A stretch of DNA of 64,000 bases from Bacteroidales bacterium (GCA_027858835.1 JAQIBY010000009.1:19151-83150), one strand, 5' to 3'. Positions 41,488 to 49,905 are shown, counted from the first letter of the stretch. Numbers and translations are program-made. Notes: generated by a model from the sequence alone, not told the origin.

Positions 41488-42394
41488 AGCGTCCGGTTCG
41501 GTTCGGATTAAATTGTGAAATAAATACGCCGGCGATGACAATCACAATTCCTATAACCTTCCTGTCGGTTATTAACTCGCCGAGATAGAAATAAGAGAAA
41601 ATAATTGTAAAGACCGGAATGATATTCGTAAACACATTAACTTTACTAATATCCATTTTCTTTAATGCAAAAGTGTACATAAAATAGGCAATGGAAGTTG
41701 CAAAGATACTGAGTTTAATAATCGGCACCAGCGCTTCCCACACCAATCCGCTTGCAACAAAATCCTGATAATCTAAAACAAAAAATACAGGGATAAATAA
41801 AACAATCCCAATCATATTTTGGAATAAAACTAAATTTAATACGGAATATCGTGAGCTTACACGCTTAATTAGCACAGAATAAATGACTCCTGCCGTTACT
41901 GAGGAAAATAAAAACATCAGTCCTTTCCAGGATACAGCAAATTCTGAATTTCTGCCCATAACAAGAAACACAATCCCACCAAGGGAAACCACAACTCCGA
42001 TTAAATTATAAACCGAAAGCTTATCTTTTAAAAAGATGGCAGCGGCAAGTGGAGTAAACAACGGCAGGGTGGATATTATTACAGCAGCCACAGCCGGCGA
42101 AACCAAACTAATTCCATAGGTTTCACCCATAAAATAGATAAACGGTTCACAAAAGGCCATGGCAAAAATCAGCAAGCGATCCTGTTTCTGTATTTTTTTT
42201 AGCCTTTTGCTAAAATACAAATATGGCAACAAAAATGCACTGGAAATTAAAAGCCTAAAAAGCACCACTGTCACCGGATTATAAGTTTCAAGTGCTTGCT
42301 TGCTCCATATAAAGCTGATTGCCCAAATCAACATTGCACCAATTAGTGCTACGTAAACAAGGGCAGGATTTTTTTTAATTTCGTTAAAATTCAC
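41429..42394 (-). CDS. DMT-superfamily (EamA) transporter
   Basis: About 10 TM helices arranged as two EamA-like repeats. Confidence 0.85.
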   Translation of the reverse strand: MNFNEIKKNPALVYVALIGAMLIWAISFIWSKQALETYNPVTVVLFRLLISSAFLLPYLYFSKRLKKIQKQDRLLIFAMAFCEPFIYFMGETYGISLVSPAVAAVIISTLPLFTPLAAAIFLKDKLSVYNLIGVVVSLGGIVFLVMGRNSEFAVSWKGLMFLFSSVTAGVIYSVLIKRVSSRYSVLNLVLFQNMIGIVLFIPVFFVLDYQDFVASGLVWEALVPIIKLSIFATSIAYFMYTFALKKMDISKVNVFTNIIPVFTIIFSYFYLGELITDRKVIGIVIVIAGVFISQFNPNRTGRYGYIHRNVVKRFKRTRKAR

Positions 42395-42447
42395 CCTGCG
42401 AAATTGCGGAAATTTATTAACTTGAGCAATGAAAAAATAAACGAAAC

Positions 42448-42966
42448 ATGAGAAAACTAAAATTTAATTTATTGATGCCACTGTTGTTGTTTTATGCGTT
42501 AAACTTGCATGCGCAATGTGAATCACATATTAAATTTGATAGTTTAGTAAACGATAAGATTTTAATTGACACACTTTCTTGGGATTGTTTTGAAAATGCC
42601 GGATTTTCTGAATGGTTTACAGCAAATTATGATGCGTACCCTGTTGATAGCGAAAGCTTGGTAGATTTTCAGAATAACGACACAACAATTAAAATGCTTA
42701 TTTATTTGGCAACTTGGTGCCCGGATACACGAAGGGAATTGCCTCGCATGAAAAAAATCCTTGACAAATTAAATGTCAATTGGGATATTAATTTAATCGG
42801 ATTAAATCGAAAAAAACAATTATCCGATGGGGAATCGCCGGAGAACGGAATTACTCATGTACCTAGTTTTGTAATTTTTCAGAATAATATGGAAATCGGT
42901 AGAATTGTTGAGCGCCCTGAACAAAGTCTTGAAAAGGATTTGAAAAAAATACTTAATGCAAAATAA
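42448..42966 (+). CDS. secreted thioredoxin-fold protein with a single-Cys WCPDT motif
   Basis: Signal peptide. LATWCPDTRRELP sits at the position of the thioredoxin WCxxC motif, and VPSFVIF is the cis-Pro loop region. Confidence 0.6.
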   Translation: MRKLKFNLLMPLLLFYALNLHAQCESHIKFDSLVNDKILIDTLSWDCFENAGFSEWFTANYDAYPVDSESLVDFQNNDTTIKMLIYLATWCPDTRRELPRMKKILDKLNVNWDINLIGLNRKKQLSDGESPENGITHVPSFVIFQNNMEIGRIVERPEQSLEKDLKKILNAK

Positions 42967-42974
42967 AAACATGC

Positions 42975-43150
42975 ACCAAGTTTGGACTGTCATGCCCCAG
43001 CTCCCGCGCCCTGACAAAGGCCGGCAGCCCGTATGCTGCGATGCGTTGCTGTTGCCCCAGCAGCTTAGCGACCAAAGGAAGCTCAAGCACGCCGGTTTTG
43101 CAACAGCCGCAGAGCAGGATACGGCTATAGGCCGTAGGCAGTAACCCGAA
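42975..43150 (+). ncRNA. candidate structured RNA of unknown family (GC-rich island); strand uncertain
   Basis: 103 of 170 nt are G+C (42981-43150, hand count) versus 31 of 100 in the next 100 nt. A near-continuous 22-bp helix pairs 43029-43055 with 43100-43124 and includes the perfect 8-bp GCTGTTGC/GCAACAGC. An apical AGCTT/AAGCT hairpin lies at 43062-43083. The two ORFs crossing this region look non-genic. Confidence 0.35.
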
Positions 43151-43309
43151 TTATTCACCATTATATAATTAAGTTTCACTATGACTGCGAGTTTATCTGT
43201 ACAAAGTGAGTGACATAAATAATTCGTGTTAAGGCGCCCAAAAAAACATAAAAAACAAGCGAGTTTTTTCGATGTATTTCTAAAATATGATAGAATAAAT
43301 AGCGTTTCT

Positions 43310-43345
43310 AAGCATTGGGTTGTCCTTAATGGCTTGTTTTTTTTT
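43310..43345 (+). terminator. candidate intrinsic terminator in the non-coding gap
   Basis: AAGCATT...AATGGCTT stem (7 bp with one bulge), followed by G and a 9-T run (43337-43345). Confidence 0.35.
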
Positions 43346-43476
43346 AACATTATTTAGAAACAGTCAAATTGTGCAGAAAATCCTTCAATCTTTCAACATG
43401 TTACGATCCTAATATAGATTAAATATAAATTACGAATATTCGCAGATTTTTGTTTCTCTAATTAAGAAAGTAAAAT

Positions 43477-43484
43477 TAAGTTTG
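43477..43484 (+). promoter_or_regulatory. candidate -7 box (TAAGTTTG) for the ferredoxin gene
   Basis: Exact TAnnTTTG match 30 nt upstream of the ATG at 43514. Confidence 0.4.
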
Positions 43485-43513
43485 TAGTCAATAGTAACTA
43501 AAAATATAATACT

Positions 43514-43684
43514 ATGGCTTACGTAATTAATGATGATTGTACTGCATGTGGAACATGCCTAGACGAATGTCCGGTAGAAGCGATTTCAGAAGGAGATATT
43601 TATGTAATTGATCCAGACGTTTGCACTGATTGCGGTGCTTGCGCTGATGTTTGCCCGGTAGAAGCAATTCACCCGGAAGACTAG
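43514..43684 (+). CDS. 2x[4Fe-4S] ferredoxin (56 aa; absent from the ORF track)
   Basis: Hand translation gives MAYVINDDCTACGTCLDECPVEAISEGDIYVIDPDVCTDCGACADVCPVEAIHPED*, which contains two CxxCxxCxxxCP motifs. Confidence 0.88.
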   Translation: MAYVINDDCTACGTCLDECPVEAISEGDIYVIDPDVCTDCGACADVCPVEAIHPED

Positions 43685-43704
43685 TACAGTCAATAAAAAA
43701 ATTG

Positions 43705-43738
43705 AAAAGCTGCTTTCCACCGGGAAGTGGCTTTTTTT
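43705..43738 (+). terminator. terminator or attenuator hairpin after the ferredoxin gene
   Basis: AAAAGCTGCTTTCC-ACC-GGGAAGTGGCTTTT forms a ~14-bp stem including 2 G-U pairs, and the T-run continues to 43738. It ends 6 nt before the GT2 ATG. Confidence 0.55.
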
Positions 43739-43743
43739 ATCTT

Positions 43744-44745
43744 ATGCCAAAAATTAGTGTTGTTCTGCCTTTTTTTAATGCACAGAACAGTTTGCAATTA
43801 GCAATTGAAAGTGTTACAAGGCAGAGTTTTAAGGATTTTGAGTGCCTGTTGGTGAATAATAATTCTACAGATAAAAGTGTGGAAATAGCCACTGCTTTTG
43901 TCGGAAGAGACTCCCGTTTCATCCTGCTTAATGAGCACAAACAGGGCGTGAGCTATGCTTCAAATCTTGGAAGCCAACATGCTCGGGGAGTTTTTATCGC
44001 ACGTATGGATGCAGACGATTTGGCAGCTCCCAACCGATTAAAATTACAATATGAATTTTTGATAAAAAATCCGGATTTCGGAGTGGTTGCGGGACATGTT
44101 GATTTCGGAGGAGATAAACAAAATGCTGCCGGTCTTTATCGATATACTGAGTGGGTGAATTCACTCAAAACACCGGAAGCAATTGCTTTGCGACGCTTTG
44201 TTGAAAGTCCTGTAATAAATCCCTCTGCCATGTGGCGAAAATCGATCGAAGATTCTCTGGGAGGATATGAACACGGCGATTTCCCAGAAGATTATGACAT
44301 GTGGTTGCGTTGGATAGATGCAGGTGTGAAAATTGGGAAGATACCCGAAACCTTGCTTCAGTGGAATGATAACTCAACTCGGCTAACCCGAACTGACGAA
44401 CGTTACAGCACGGAAGCGTTTTATCAAACCAAAGCAAAATATTTAGCAAAAAGCCTGGAAAAGATCAATCGACATTATCCGAAAGTTTATGTTTGGGGAG
44501 CAAGTCGGATCATGCGTAATCGTGCCGCATTTTTATTAACACATGATATTGAAATTGAGGCTTATATTGACATTTCTGAAAAACGGAAAATCAAGGAAAA
44601 TTTGCTTTTTTACAAGGATATTCCCTCGCCGGAAAATGCATTTATTCTTGTCTTTGTTCCTCAAACTGAATTAAAACAAGAGATTCTGAATTTCCTTCTG
44701 AAAAAGGGATATGTTGAGGGAATAAATTTTTTGTTTGTTGCGTGA
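43744..44745 (+). CDS. family 2 glycosyltransferase
   Basis: The MPKISVVLPFFNAQNSL start is typical of GT2, and a DADD (DxD) motif is present. The ORF-track start at 43651 would overlap the ferredoxin gene and is rejected. Confidence 0.85.
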   Translation: MPKISVVLPFFNAQNSLQLAIESVTRQSFKDFECLLVNNNSTDKSVEIATAFVGRDSRFILLNEHKQGVSYASNLGSQHARGVFIARMDADDLAAPNRLKLQYEFLIKNPDFGVVAGHVDFGGDKQNAAGLYRYTEWVNSLKTPEAIALRRFVESPVINPSAMWRKSIEDSLGGYEHGDFPEDYDMWLRWIDAGVKIGKIPETLLQWNDNSTRLTRTDERYSTEAFYQTKAKYLAKSLEKINRHYPKVYVWGASRIMRNRAAFLLTHDIEIEAYIDISEKRKIKENLLFYKDIPSPENAFILVFVPQTELKQEILNFLLKKGYVEGINFLFVA

Positions 44746-44746
44746 G

Positions 44747-45094
44747 TTATTTTAAAAATGCTTCCGGATCCCACAAATGCTTTTCAAAATCAATAATGCA
44801 ATCGTTTTTTATCTGAATTCCTTCGCTCATTAATAAATCCTCCATAACGTGCTCGCCGTTGAAGTGATGTTTCCCGCTTAGCATTCCATTGCGATTTACT
44901 ACGCGCTGCGCCGGCACATAGTTTTCCTGATAGTGGGATTTATTCATTGCCCATCCAACCATGCGTGCAGCTTGTGGCGACCCCAAATGTTTTGCAATAA
45001 GGCCGTAAGTTGTTACTTTTCCATAAGGAATTTGTCTAACAACATCATAAACTTTTTCAAAAAAATCAATTTGTGAATCCTTCTCGTTCCTCAT
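44747..45094 (-). CDS. alkyltransferase-like (ATL) / MGMT-family DNA-binding protein lacking the acceptor cysteine
   Basis: An MGMT C-terminal domain pattern (YGKVTTYG...AARMVGWAM) with VPAQRVV where MGMT has PCHRV. Confidence 0.8.
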   Translation of the reverse strand: MRNEKDSQIDFFEKVYDVVRQIPYGKVTTYGLIAKHLGSPQAARMVGWAMNKSHYQENYVPAQRVVNRNGMLSGKHHFNGEHVMEDLLMSEGIQIKNDCIIDFEKHLWDPEAFLK

Positions 45095-45794
45095 TGATTG
45101 GTGGTTCTATCAACTGTATTTGTTTTGGTAATTCGAAACAAAGATAACGGATTGTGCGACCTTCTTCAAGCCACATTTTTTCGTAAAAAGTTTGAATCGG
45201 CGGGACAATGTGGGAATAATCATTTTCATAAATATCCGCAATATCGTGATGTGATTTCAGCTTATTATGTTTAATTACATCCTGTGTATATGCGTACAGC
45301 ACAGGATCGTCGGTTTTTAAGTGAACCAAGCCTTTATCTTTTAATATCTGTTGATATTTTGAAAGAAAGCTTGAAGATGTTAATCGCTTTTTTATGTTTT
45401 TACGATGTCCGAGGTGGGGATCTGAGAAAGTACACCAGATTTCGGAAACTTCGTTTTCCTCAAAACAAAAATCAATAAAATCAACACGGGTTCTGAGAAA
45501 AGCGACATGATCCATTTTTGCTTCGAAAACCGTTTTTGCACCTCGCCATAATCTTGCTCCTTTAATATCTACCCCGATGTAATTATTTTCAGGATGAGTT
45601 TCGGCCAAACCAACCGTATATTCGCCCTTTCCACAGCCCAATTCGAGAATAATCGGATTGCTGCTTTTAAAAAAATCGGAATTCCACTGTCCTTTGAGCC
45701 GGAAGGTGTTTTGTTTTAAATCAATAAATTTTGGCTCAATAACATGAGGAAACTGTTCGTTTTCTTTGAACCGTTTTAATTTTTTCTTTGCCAC
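45066..45794 (-). CDS. trmB: tRNA (guanine46-N7)-methyltransferase
   Basis: GTG start. The LELGCGKGEY SAM motif and the FSDPH motif are typical of TrmB. Confidence 0.9.
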   Translation of the reverse strand: MAKKKLKRFKENEQFPHVIEPKFIDLKQNTFRLKGQWNSDFFKSSNPIILELGCGKGEYTVGLAETHPENNYIGVDIKGARLWRGAKTVFEAKMDHVAFLRTRVDFIDFCFEENEVSEIWCTFSDPHLGHRKNIKKRLTSSSFLSKYQQILKDKGLVHLKTDDPVLYAYTQDVIKHNKLKSHHDIADIYENDYSHIVPPIQTFYEKMWLEEGRTIRYLCFELPKQIQLIEPPINEEREGFTN

Positions 45795-45805
45795 GCTAAA
45801 AAATC

Positions 45806-46303
45806 TTATTCCTGTAATTTAATATTTAATCCAACATCCATAATGCCCGGAACGATATCATTACGCATACCATGTTCAATTTCATACAGGTACTTTCCGG
45901 CTTGTGGAAATTTGTAATTTAAACGCCATGGAATTTCGTTATCCCAAAGGTCGCCCATGCCGTCACCTAGCCATTTGCCATTTCTATCTGCCAGAACACA
46001 TTCTAAAGTATCTGTTTTTACCGAGCCGTCCGGCCTTGTTTGATGAATAAACAGCCATAGGTTTCGGTAGGGATATAAACTTGCATTACGAACCATTACA
46101 TCAACTTCCAATAACTGTGTGGTATCTTCTATTTCAAATTCAAAACTTGTGCGATATGATTTTCCCCAAACACCGCTGGGAATTTCTTCATATTTTTTAT
46201 AAACCGTGTTTCGCCCGCAACTTACAATGATGAACATCCCAATCAAAAAAATTGTCAGTTTGGCAATTTTACTTTTTGTTATTGTTTTCATTTTTTTGTT
46301 CAT
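45806..46303 (-). CDS. gldH: gliding motility lipoprotein GldH
   Basis: Lipobox (IIVSCG). The pattern W.K...F.F...R....YPYRNLWLF...PDG...DTLE..LAD..G.W.G matches the GldH family as I remember it. Confidence 0.7.
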   Translation of the reverse strand: MNKKMKTITKSKIAKLTIFLIGMFIIVSCGRNTVYKKYEEIPSGVWGKSYRTSFEFEIEDTTQLLEVDVMVRNASLYPYRNLWLFIHQTRPDGSVKTDTLECVLADRNGKWLGDGMGDLWDNEIPWRLNYKFPQAGKYLYEIEHGMRNDIVPGIMDVGLNIKLQE

Positions 46304-47465
46304 TATTTTGTTTGCCCTGATGTTTCGGATTTCTATTTTTTCGTTTTTTATTGCGTGATTTTCGTTTTTTCTTGTTTTGTCCTTCGAAACGGTTTAAGCT
46401 GTCTTCATTCAAATCACTGGCATAATCATCTTTTTTATCGATGACAGCAATATCTTCATCACGTAAAAGTTTATCCGGGATATCACCTTTTTTATTCAGA
46501 CTCATAATTTCCTTAACACGCTCAATCGGAACAGCTGTCATAATTGATGTATGTTCCCCTCTGAGTTCGTAATACATGATGTGTTTAAGGATGTCATTTT
46601 TCACATGACGGGCTTTTCCTTGTTTTGTTTCTAAATCTGCATTTTGCGCCGGGAATTTTTTGCGTTCATGCACATAAGTCGGCAATTCGTAATTAATACA
46701 GCATTTCAGTTTTCCGCATTGTCCGGCAAGCTTTTGTGGATTTGGAGATAATTCCTGCGCTCGTGCTGCATGTGTGGTTGTGGAACGGAAATTTGCCAAC
46801 CAGGTTGTGCAACAAAGCTCTCTTCCGCAAGGGCCGATGCCTCCCAATCTCCCGGCTTCTTGTCTAGCCCCGATTTGTTTCATTTCCACACGAATACGGA
46901 ACTCTTCGGCCATGATTTTAATTAATTCGCGAAAATCTACGCGTTCATCAGCGATATAATAAAAAATTGCCTTCGTTTTATCGCCTTGAAACTCCACATC
47001 ACCGAGTTTCATGTTTAAACTCAGATTCCGAATCATTTCGCGGGTGCGAAGCATGGTTGATAATTCAAGCTCAACTGCCGCTTTCCATTTCTGAATATCA
47101 GATTGTTTCGCTTTGCGATAAACTTTTTTGAATTCTCCTTCGAGTGATTCTCCGTTTTTGCTGAGTTGATTTTTTACCAGTTCTCCGGTCAGGGAAACAA
47201 TCCCGATATCGTGTCCGGGTGAAGATTCCACTGCCACAATATCACCTACACGTAAAGGCAGGCCGTTGATATTTTCATAAAACCCTTTACGGGTATTTTT
47301 AAATCGAACTTCAACAATGTGAAATGTTCGGGGTGGTTGCGGGATATCTTTTAACCAATCGTAAACATCAAGTTTAAAACAACCTTGTGGTATATTGAAT
47401 TCACTGGTACTTTCATCAATCTCGCAAACCCTGCAACCTCGTTCTAATTCTCTACTTTTCGTCAT
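46269..47465 (-). CDS. PSP1 (RicT/YaaT-like) domain protein with a Lys/Asn-rich C-terminal tail
   Basis: PSP1 C-terminal domain pattern including the CGRELCC / GKLKCC cysteines. The tail KKKRKSRNKKRKNRNPKHQGKQNNEQKNENNNKK is low complexity. Confidence 0.8.
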   Translation of the reverse strand: MTKSRELERGCRVCEIDESTSEFNIPQGCFKLDVYDWLKDIPQPPRTFHIVEVRFKNTRKGFYENINGLPLRVGDIVAVESSPGHDIGIVSLTGELVKNQLSKNGESLEGEFKKVYRKAKQSDIQKWKAAVELELSTMLRTREMIRNLSLNMKLGDVEFQGDKTKAIFYYIADERVDFRELIKIMAEEFRIRVEMKQIGARQEAGRLGGIGPCGRELCCTTWLANFRSTTTHAARAQELSPNPQKLAGQCGKLKCCINYELPTYVHERKKFPAQNADLETKQGKARHVKNDILKHIMYYELRGEHTSIMTAVPIERVKEIMSLNKKGDIPDKLLRDEDIAVIDKKDDYASDLNEDSLNRFEGQNKKKRKSRNKKRKNRNPKHQGKQNNEQKNENNNKK

Positions 47466-47510
47466 TTGATATTCGTTTTAGGCTTTGCAAATAGGATGTA
47501 AAGTTAATAC

Positions 47511-48632
47511 TTATTTTTGTATCAACCGAATGAGTTTGAAACTCAAATCCAAAAGGATGATTTTCCCCATTCCGTTTCGTTCAATATGATAATACGCAGA
47601 CTCGATTTCATCATTAATCTGTTGGATATATTTTAGATTAATTGCCTTTGCAACTTTCTCAATAAATGCTTTTTCTGACTCAAGAACATAATTTAATTGC
47701 GGTTTTTTTGTGCGATACATTAATGACTCACGGAAAAAATGTAGTGCAAATGTCAAAAATGATTTTTGTCGCTCTCTGCCTTTGCTTGACATTTCATCTG
47801 ACCAATCCAGACAGGCACGGATATCTTTTTTAACTAAGGCAATCATCCAATTATTGAGAATTTCTAGATTTTCACTACGGGTTCGACTGGTTTGGAAATG
47901 ATTGCGTGCTTCTGCCAGATTCCCCCGGCTTAACCGACTGACAACAAGTGCATCACCCGCCTGAGCGTTATAGGTTTCGACAAGGTATTTACTCATGTCT
48001 TCTTCCCCAATCGGCGGAATACGAACCGGTGAAGTTCTGGACATGATGGTGGGTAACACGGTACCGCGGTTTTCAGATACCAGAATAAATACGGTTTTTG
48101 GCGGCGGTTCTTCAATCATCTTAAGCAATTTATTTGCCGCAGTAATATTCATTTTTTCCGGCAGCCAGATAATCATGACTTTAAACTCGGATTCATAGGT
48201 TTTTAAGGATAATTTTCGAATAATTTCCTGTGCTTCATCCCGGTAAATACTGGCTTGCTTATTCTCACTCGTGATTTTATCAAGCCATTGACTGAATGTA
48301 AAATATGGGGTTTCCAGATTAATTTCGCGCCATTTTTCAATAAAATGATCACTTACCGGCTTATTGTTTTTATCCTTGAAAACAGGAAAAACAAAATGCA
48401 GGTCGGGATGAATTAATTTTTGATATTTTTTGCATGAAGGACAGGTTCCGCAACTGTCGGTTTCACTGCGGTTTTGGCAGCTGATATATTGCGCATAAGC
48501 AATGGCAAGAGGCAGTTTGCCACTGCCCGGAGGACCGTAAAACATTTGCGCATGATTAATCCGCTCATCCTTTACGGTTTGGATTAATCGTGCCTTAATT
48601 GATTCTTGTCCAACGATATCTTTAAATTGCAT
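47511..48632 (-). CDS. holB: DNA polymerase III subunit delta'
   Basis: The start MQFKDIVGQESIK, the Walker-A-like GPPGSGK, and a CxxCxxC zinc module (CGTCPSCKK). The longer ORF-track start (48704) would leave only 30 bp to the divergent gene. Confidence 0.8.
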   Translation of the reverse strand: MQFKDIVGQESIKARLIQTVKDERINHAQMFYGPPGSGKLPLAIAYAQYISCQNRSETDSCGTCPSCKKYQKLIHPDLHFVFPVFKDKNNKPVSDHFIEKWREINLETPYFTFSQWLDKITSENKQASIYRDEAQEIIRKLSLKTYESEFKVMIIWLPEKMNITAANKLLKMIEEPPPKTVFILVSENRGTVLPTIMSRTSPVRIPPIGEEDMSKYLVETYNAQAGDALVVSRLSRGNLAEARNHFQTSRTRSENLEILNNWMIALVKKDIRACLDWSDEMSSKGRERQKSFLTFALHFFRESLMYRTKKPQLNYVLESEKAFIEKVAKAINLKYIQQINDEIESAYYHIERNGMGKIILLDLSFKLIRLIQK

Positions 48633-48734
48633 GAATTCTTTTTTTTCAAAATTACGAATTTGTGTGGAAATACAAGCAGTCGAAAAAAAATCTTTAGTGA
48701 ACAAGAGTTTCGAGAGATTCCGTAAATTAGCAAG

Positions 48735-49721
48735 ATGAAATTCAGAACAGAAATTGATTTAAAATCATCGGATTTGCGCATTAATCATTCGCAAAACCTG
48801 TGTCTTTTCGGGTCTTGCTTTACGGATAATATTGGCGGCATGTTAAAAACTCATGGATTTAAGAGCGTGAATAATCCGTTTGGAGTTTTGTACAATCCGG
48901 CATCCATAGAAAAACAACTTTTGGCACTTTTAAACCAAGATGCACCAACTGAATCCGAATTATTTCAGCATCAAGGATTGTACTCACATTTTGATTTTCA
49001 CAGCAAGTTTTCGCATCCCGACAAGGAAAAAGCGCTCAGTTCCATGCAAAATGCATTTTACTCAGTAAAACTTGAACAGCTTGACCTGCTGTTTATTACT
49101 TGGGGGACATCGCGCATTTATCGACTTAAATCAAATGATTCCGTTGTGGCAAACTGTCATAAATTGCCAGCCAATCACTTTCTCAGAAGCCAATTGTCAG
49201 TGGATGACATTCTTAAATCCTATAATAAGCTAATTGAAAAGTTATTAAGTGTAAATCCAAAATTACAAATTGTCCTGACGGTTTCTCCGGTTCGGCATTT
49301 AAAGGACGGGTTTATTGAAAATCAACGCAGCAAAGCACGACTGATTCTTGCCGCAGAAGCGCTGGAACAAAGCCATTCTGCCGTGCATTATTTTCCTGCC
49401 TATGAAATAATGACGGACGATTTACGAGATTACCGTTATTACGCCGAGGATATGTTGCATCCAAATACAATTGCCACAGATTATATTTGGGATAAATTTT
49501 CTGATTTTTTCTTTTCGCAAACAACTCGGGATTTGAATCGTGAACTCTTAAAACTTCATAAAGCCAGACATCACACATTGTTTTTCCCCGAAACCGATGA
49601 AGCAAAACAGTTTGCAAATGCACACTTAAACCGATGCCGTGAAATCATGAAAACCCATCCGGAAATTAATTTGGATGAATATGTTGAGTATTTTGGATTA
49701 ATTGGGACAAAATCATTTTAG
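48735..49721 (+). CDS. GSCFA-family protein
   Basis: The N-terminus contains the eponymous GSCF motif (LFGSCFTDNIG). 328 aa. Confidence 0.8.
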   Translation: MKFRTEIDLKSSDLRINHSQNLCLFGSCFTDNIGGMLKTHGFKSVNNPFGVLYNPASIEKQLLALLNQDAPTESELFQHQGLYSHFDFHSKFSHPDKEKALSSMQNAFYSVKLEQLDLLFITWGTSRIYRLKSNDSVVANCHKLPANHFLRSQLSVDDILKSYNKLIEKLLSVNPKLQIVLTVSPVRHLKDGFIENQRSKARLILAAEALEQSHSAVHYFPAYEIMTDDLRDYRYYAEDMLHPNTIATDYIWDKFSDFFFSQTTRDLNRELLKLHKARHHTLFFPETDEAKQFANAHLNRCREIMKTHPEINLDEYVEYFGLIGTKSF

Positions 49722-49785
49722 CAAAAAGCATAACGGGTAAGCATGATATCATCAATTTCTTTTTTTGCTCCTGAGCCAATATCCA

Positions 49786-49811
49786 CCATTTTCCCGACGT
49801 CGGCAAAATGG
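49786..49811. repeat. 26-nt near-perfect palindrome CCATTTTCCCGAC|GTCGGCAAAATGG
   Basis: 12 of 13 arm positions are complementary. It lies 65 nt after the GSCFA stop. It could be a terminator hairpin or a protein-binding site. Confidence 0.45.
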
Positions 49812-49905
49812 TCTTAAATATCATTTCCGCTTAATTACCATGTGGTTTTTCCTTTTGTCAATACCACAGAATGTTTATCTTGTCAAAAATTTAAAATAAT
49901 AAATT

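Noticed and set aside
42975-43150. Is the GC-rich element RNase P RNA, tmRNA, SRP (4.5S) RNA or a cobalamin riboswitch?
   Set aside because: It is too short for RNase P or tmRNA. It lacks GGAAAGTCCGGGC (P4) and any tRNA-like 3' end or tag ORF. CAGTAACCCGAATTAT only loosely resembles the RNase P ACAGAACCCGGCTTAT. The apical hairpin has GGAAGC but lacks the conserved SRP AGG...GGAA tetraloop context. No B12 box is present. A 6S-like RNA is not excluded and needs a covariance-model search.
42820-43350. A 176-aa minus-strand ORF and a 62-aa plus-strand ORF (42956-43144) cross the GC-rich island.
   Set aside because: Neither has a recognisable domain and both have odd composition. The long one overlaps the 3' end of the thioredoxin-like gene and spans both AT-rich and GC-rich segments. 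The nucleotide-level helices explain the region better.
43651-43743. The N-terminal extension of the GT2 ORF (ORF-track start at 43651).
   Set aside because: It would overlap the ferredoxin gene and run through the terminator hairpin. The internal MPKISVVLPFFN is the canonical GT2 N-terminus.
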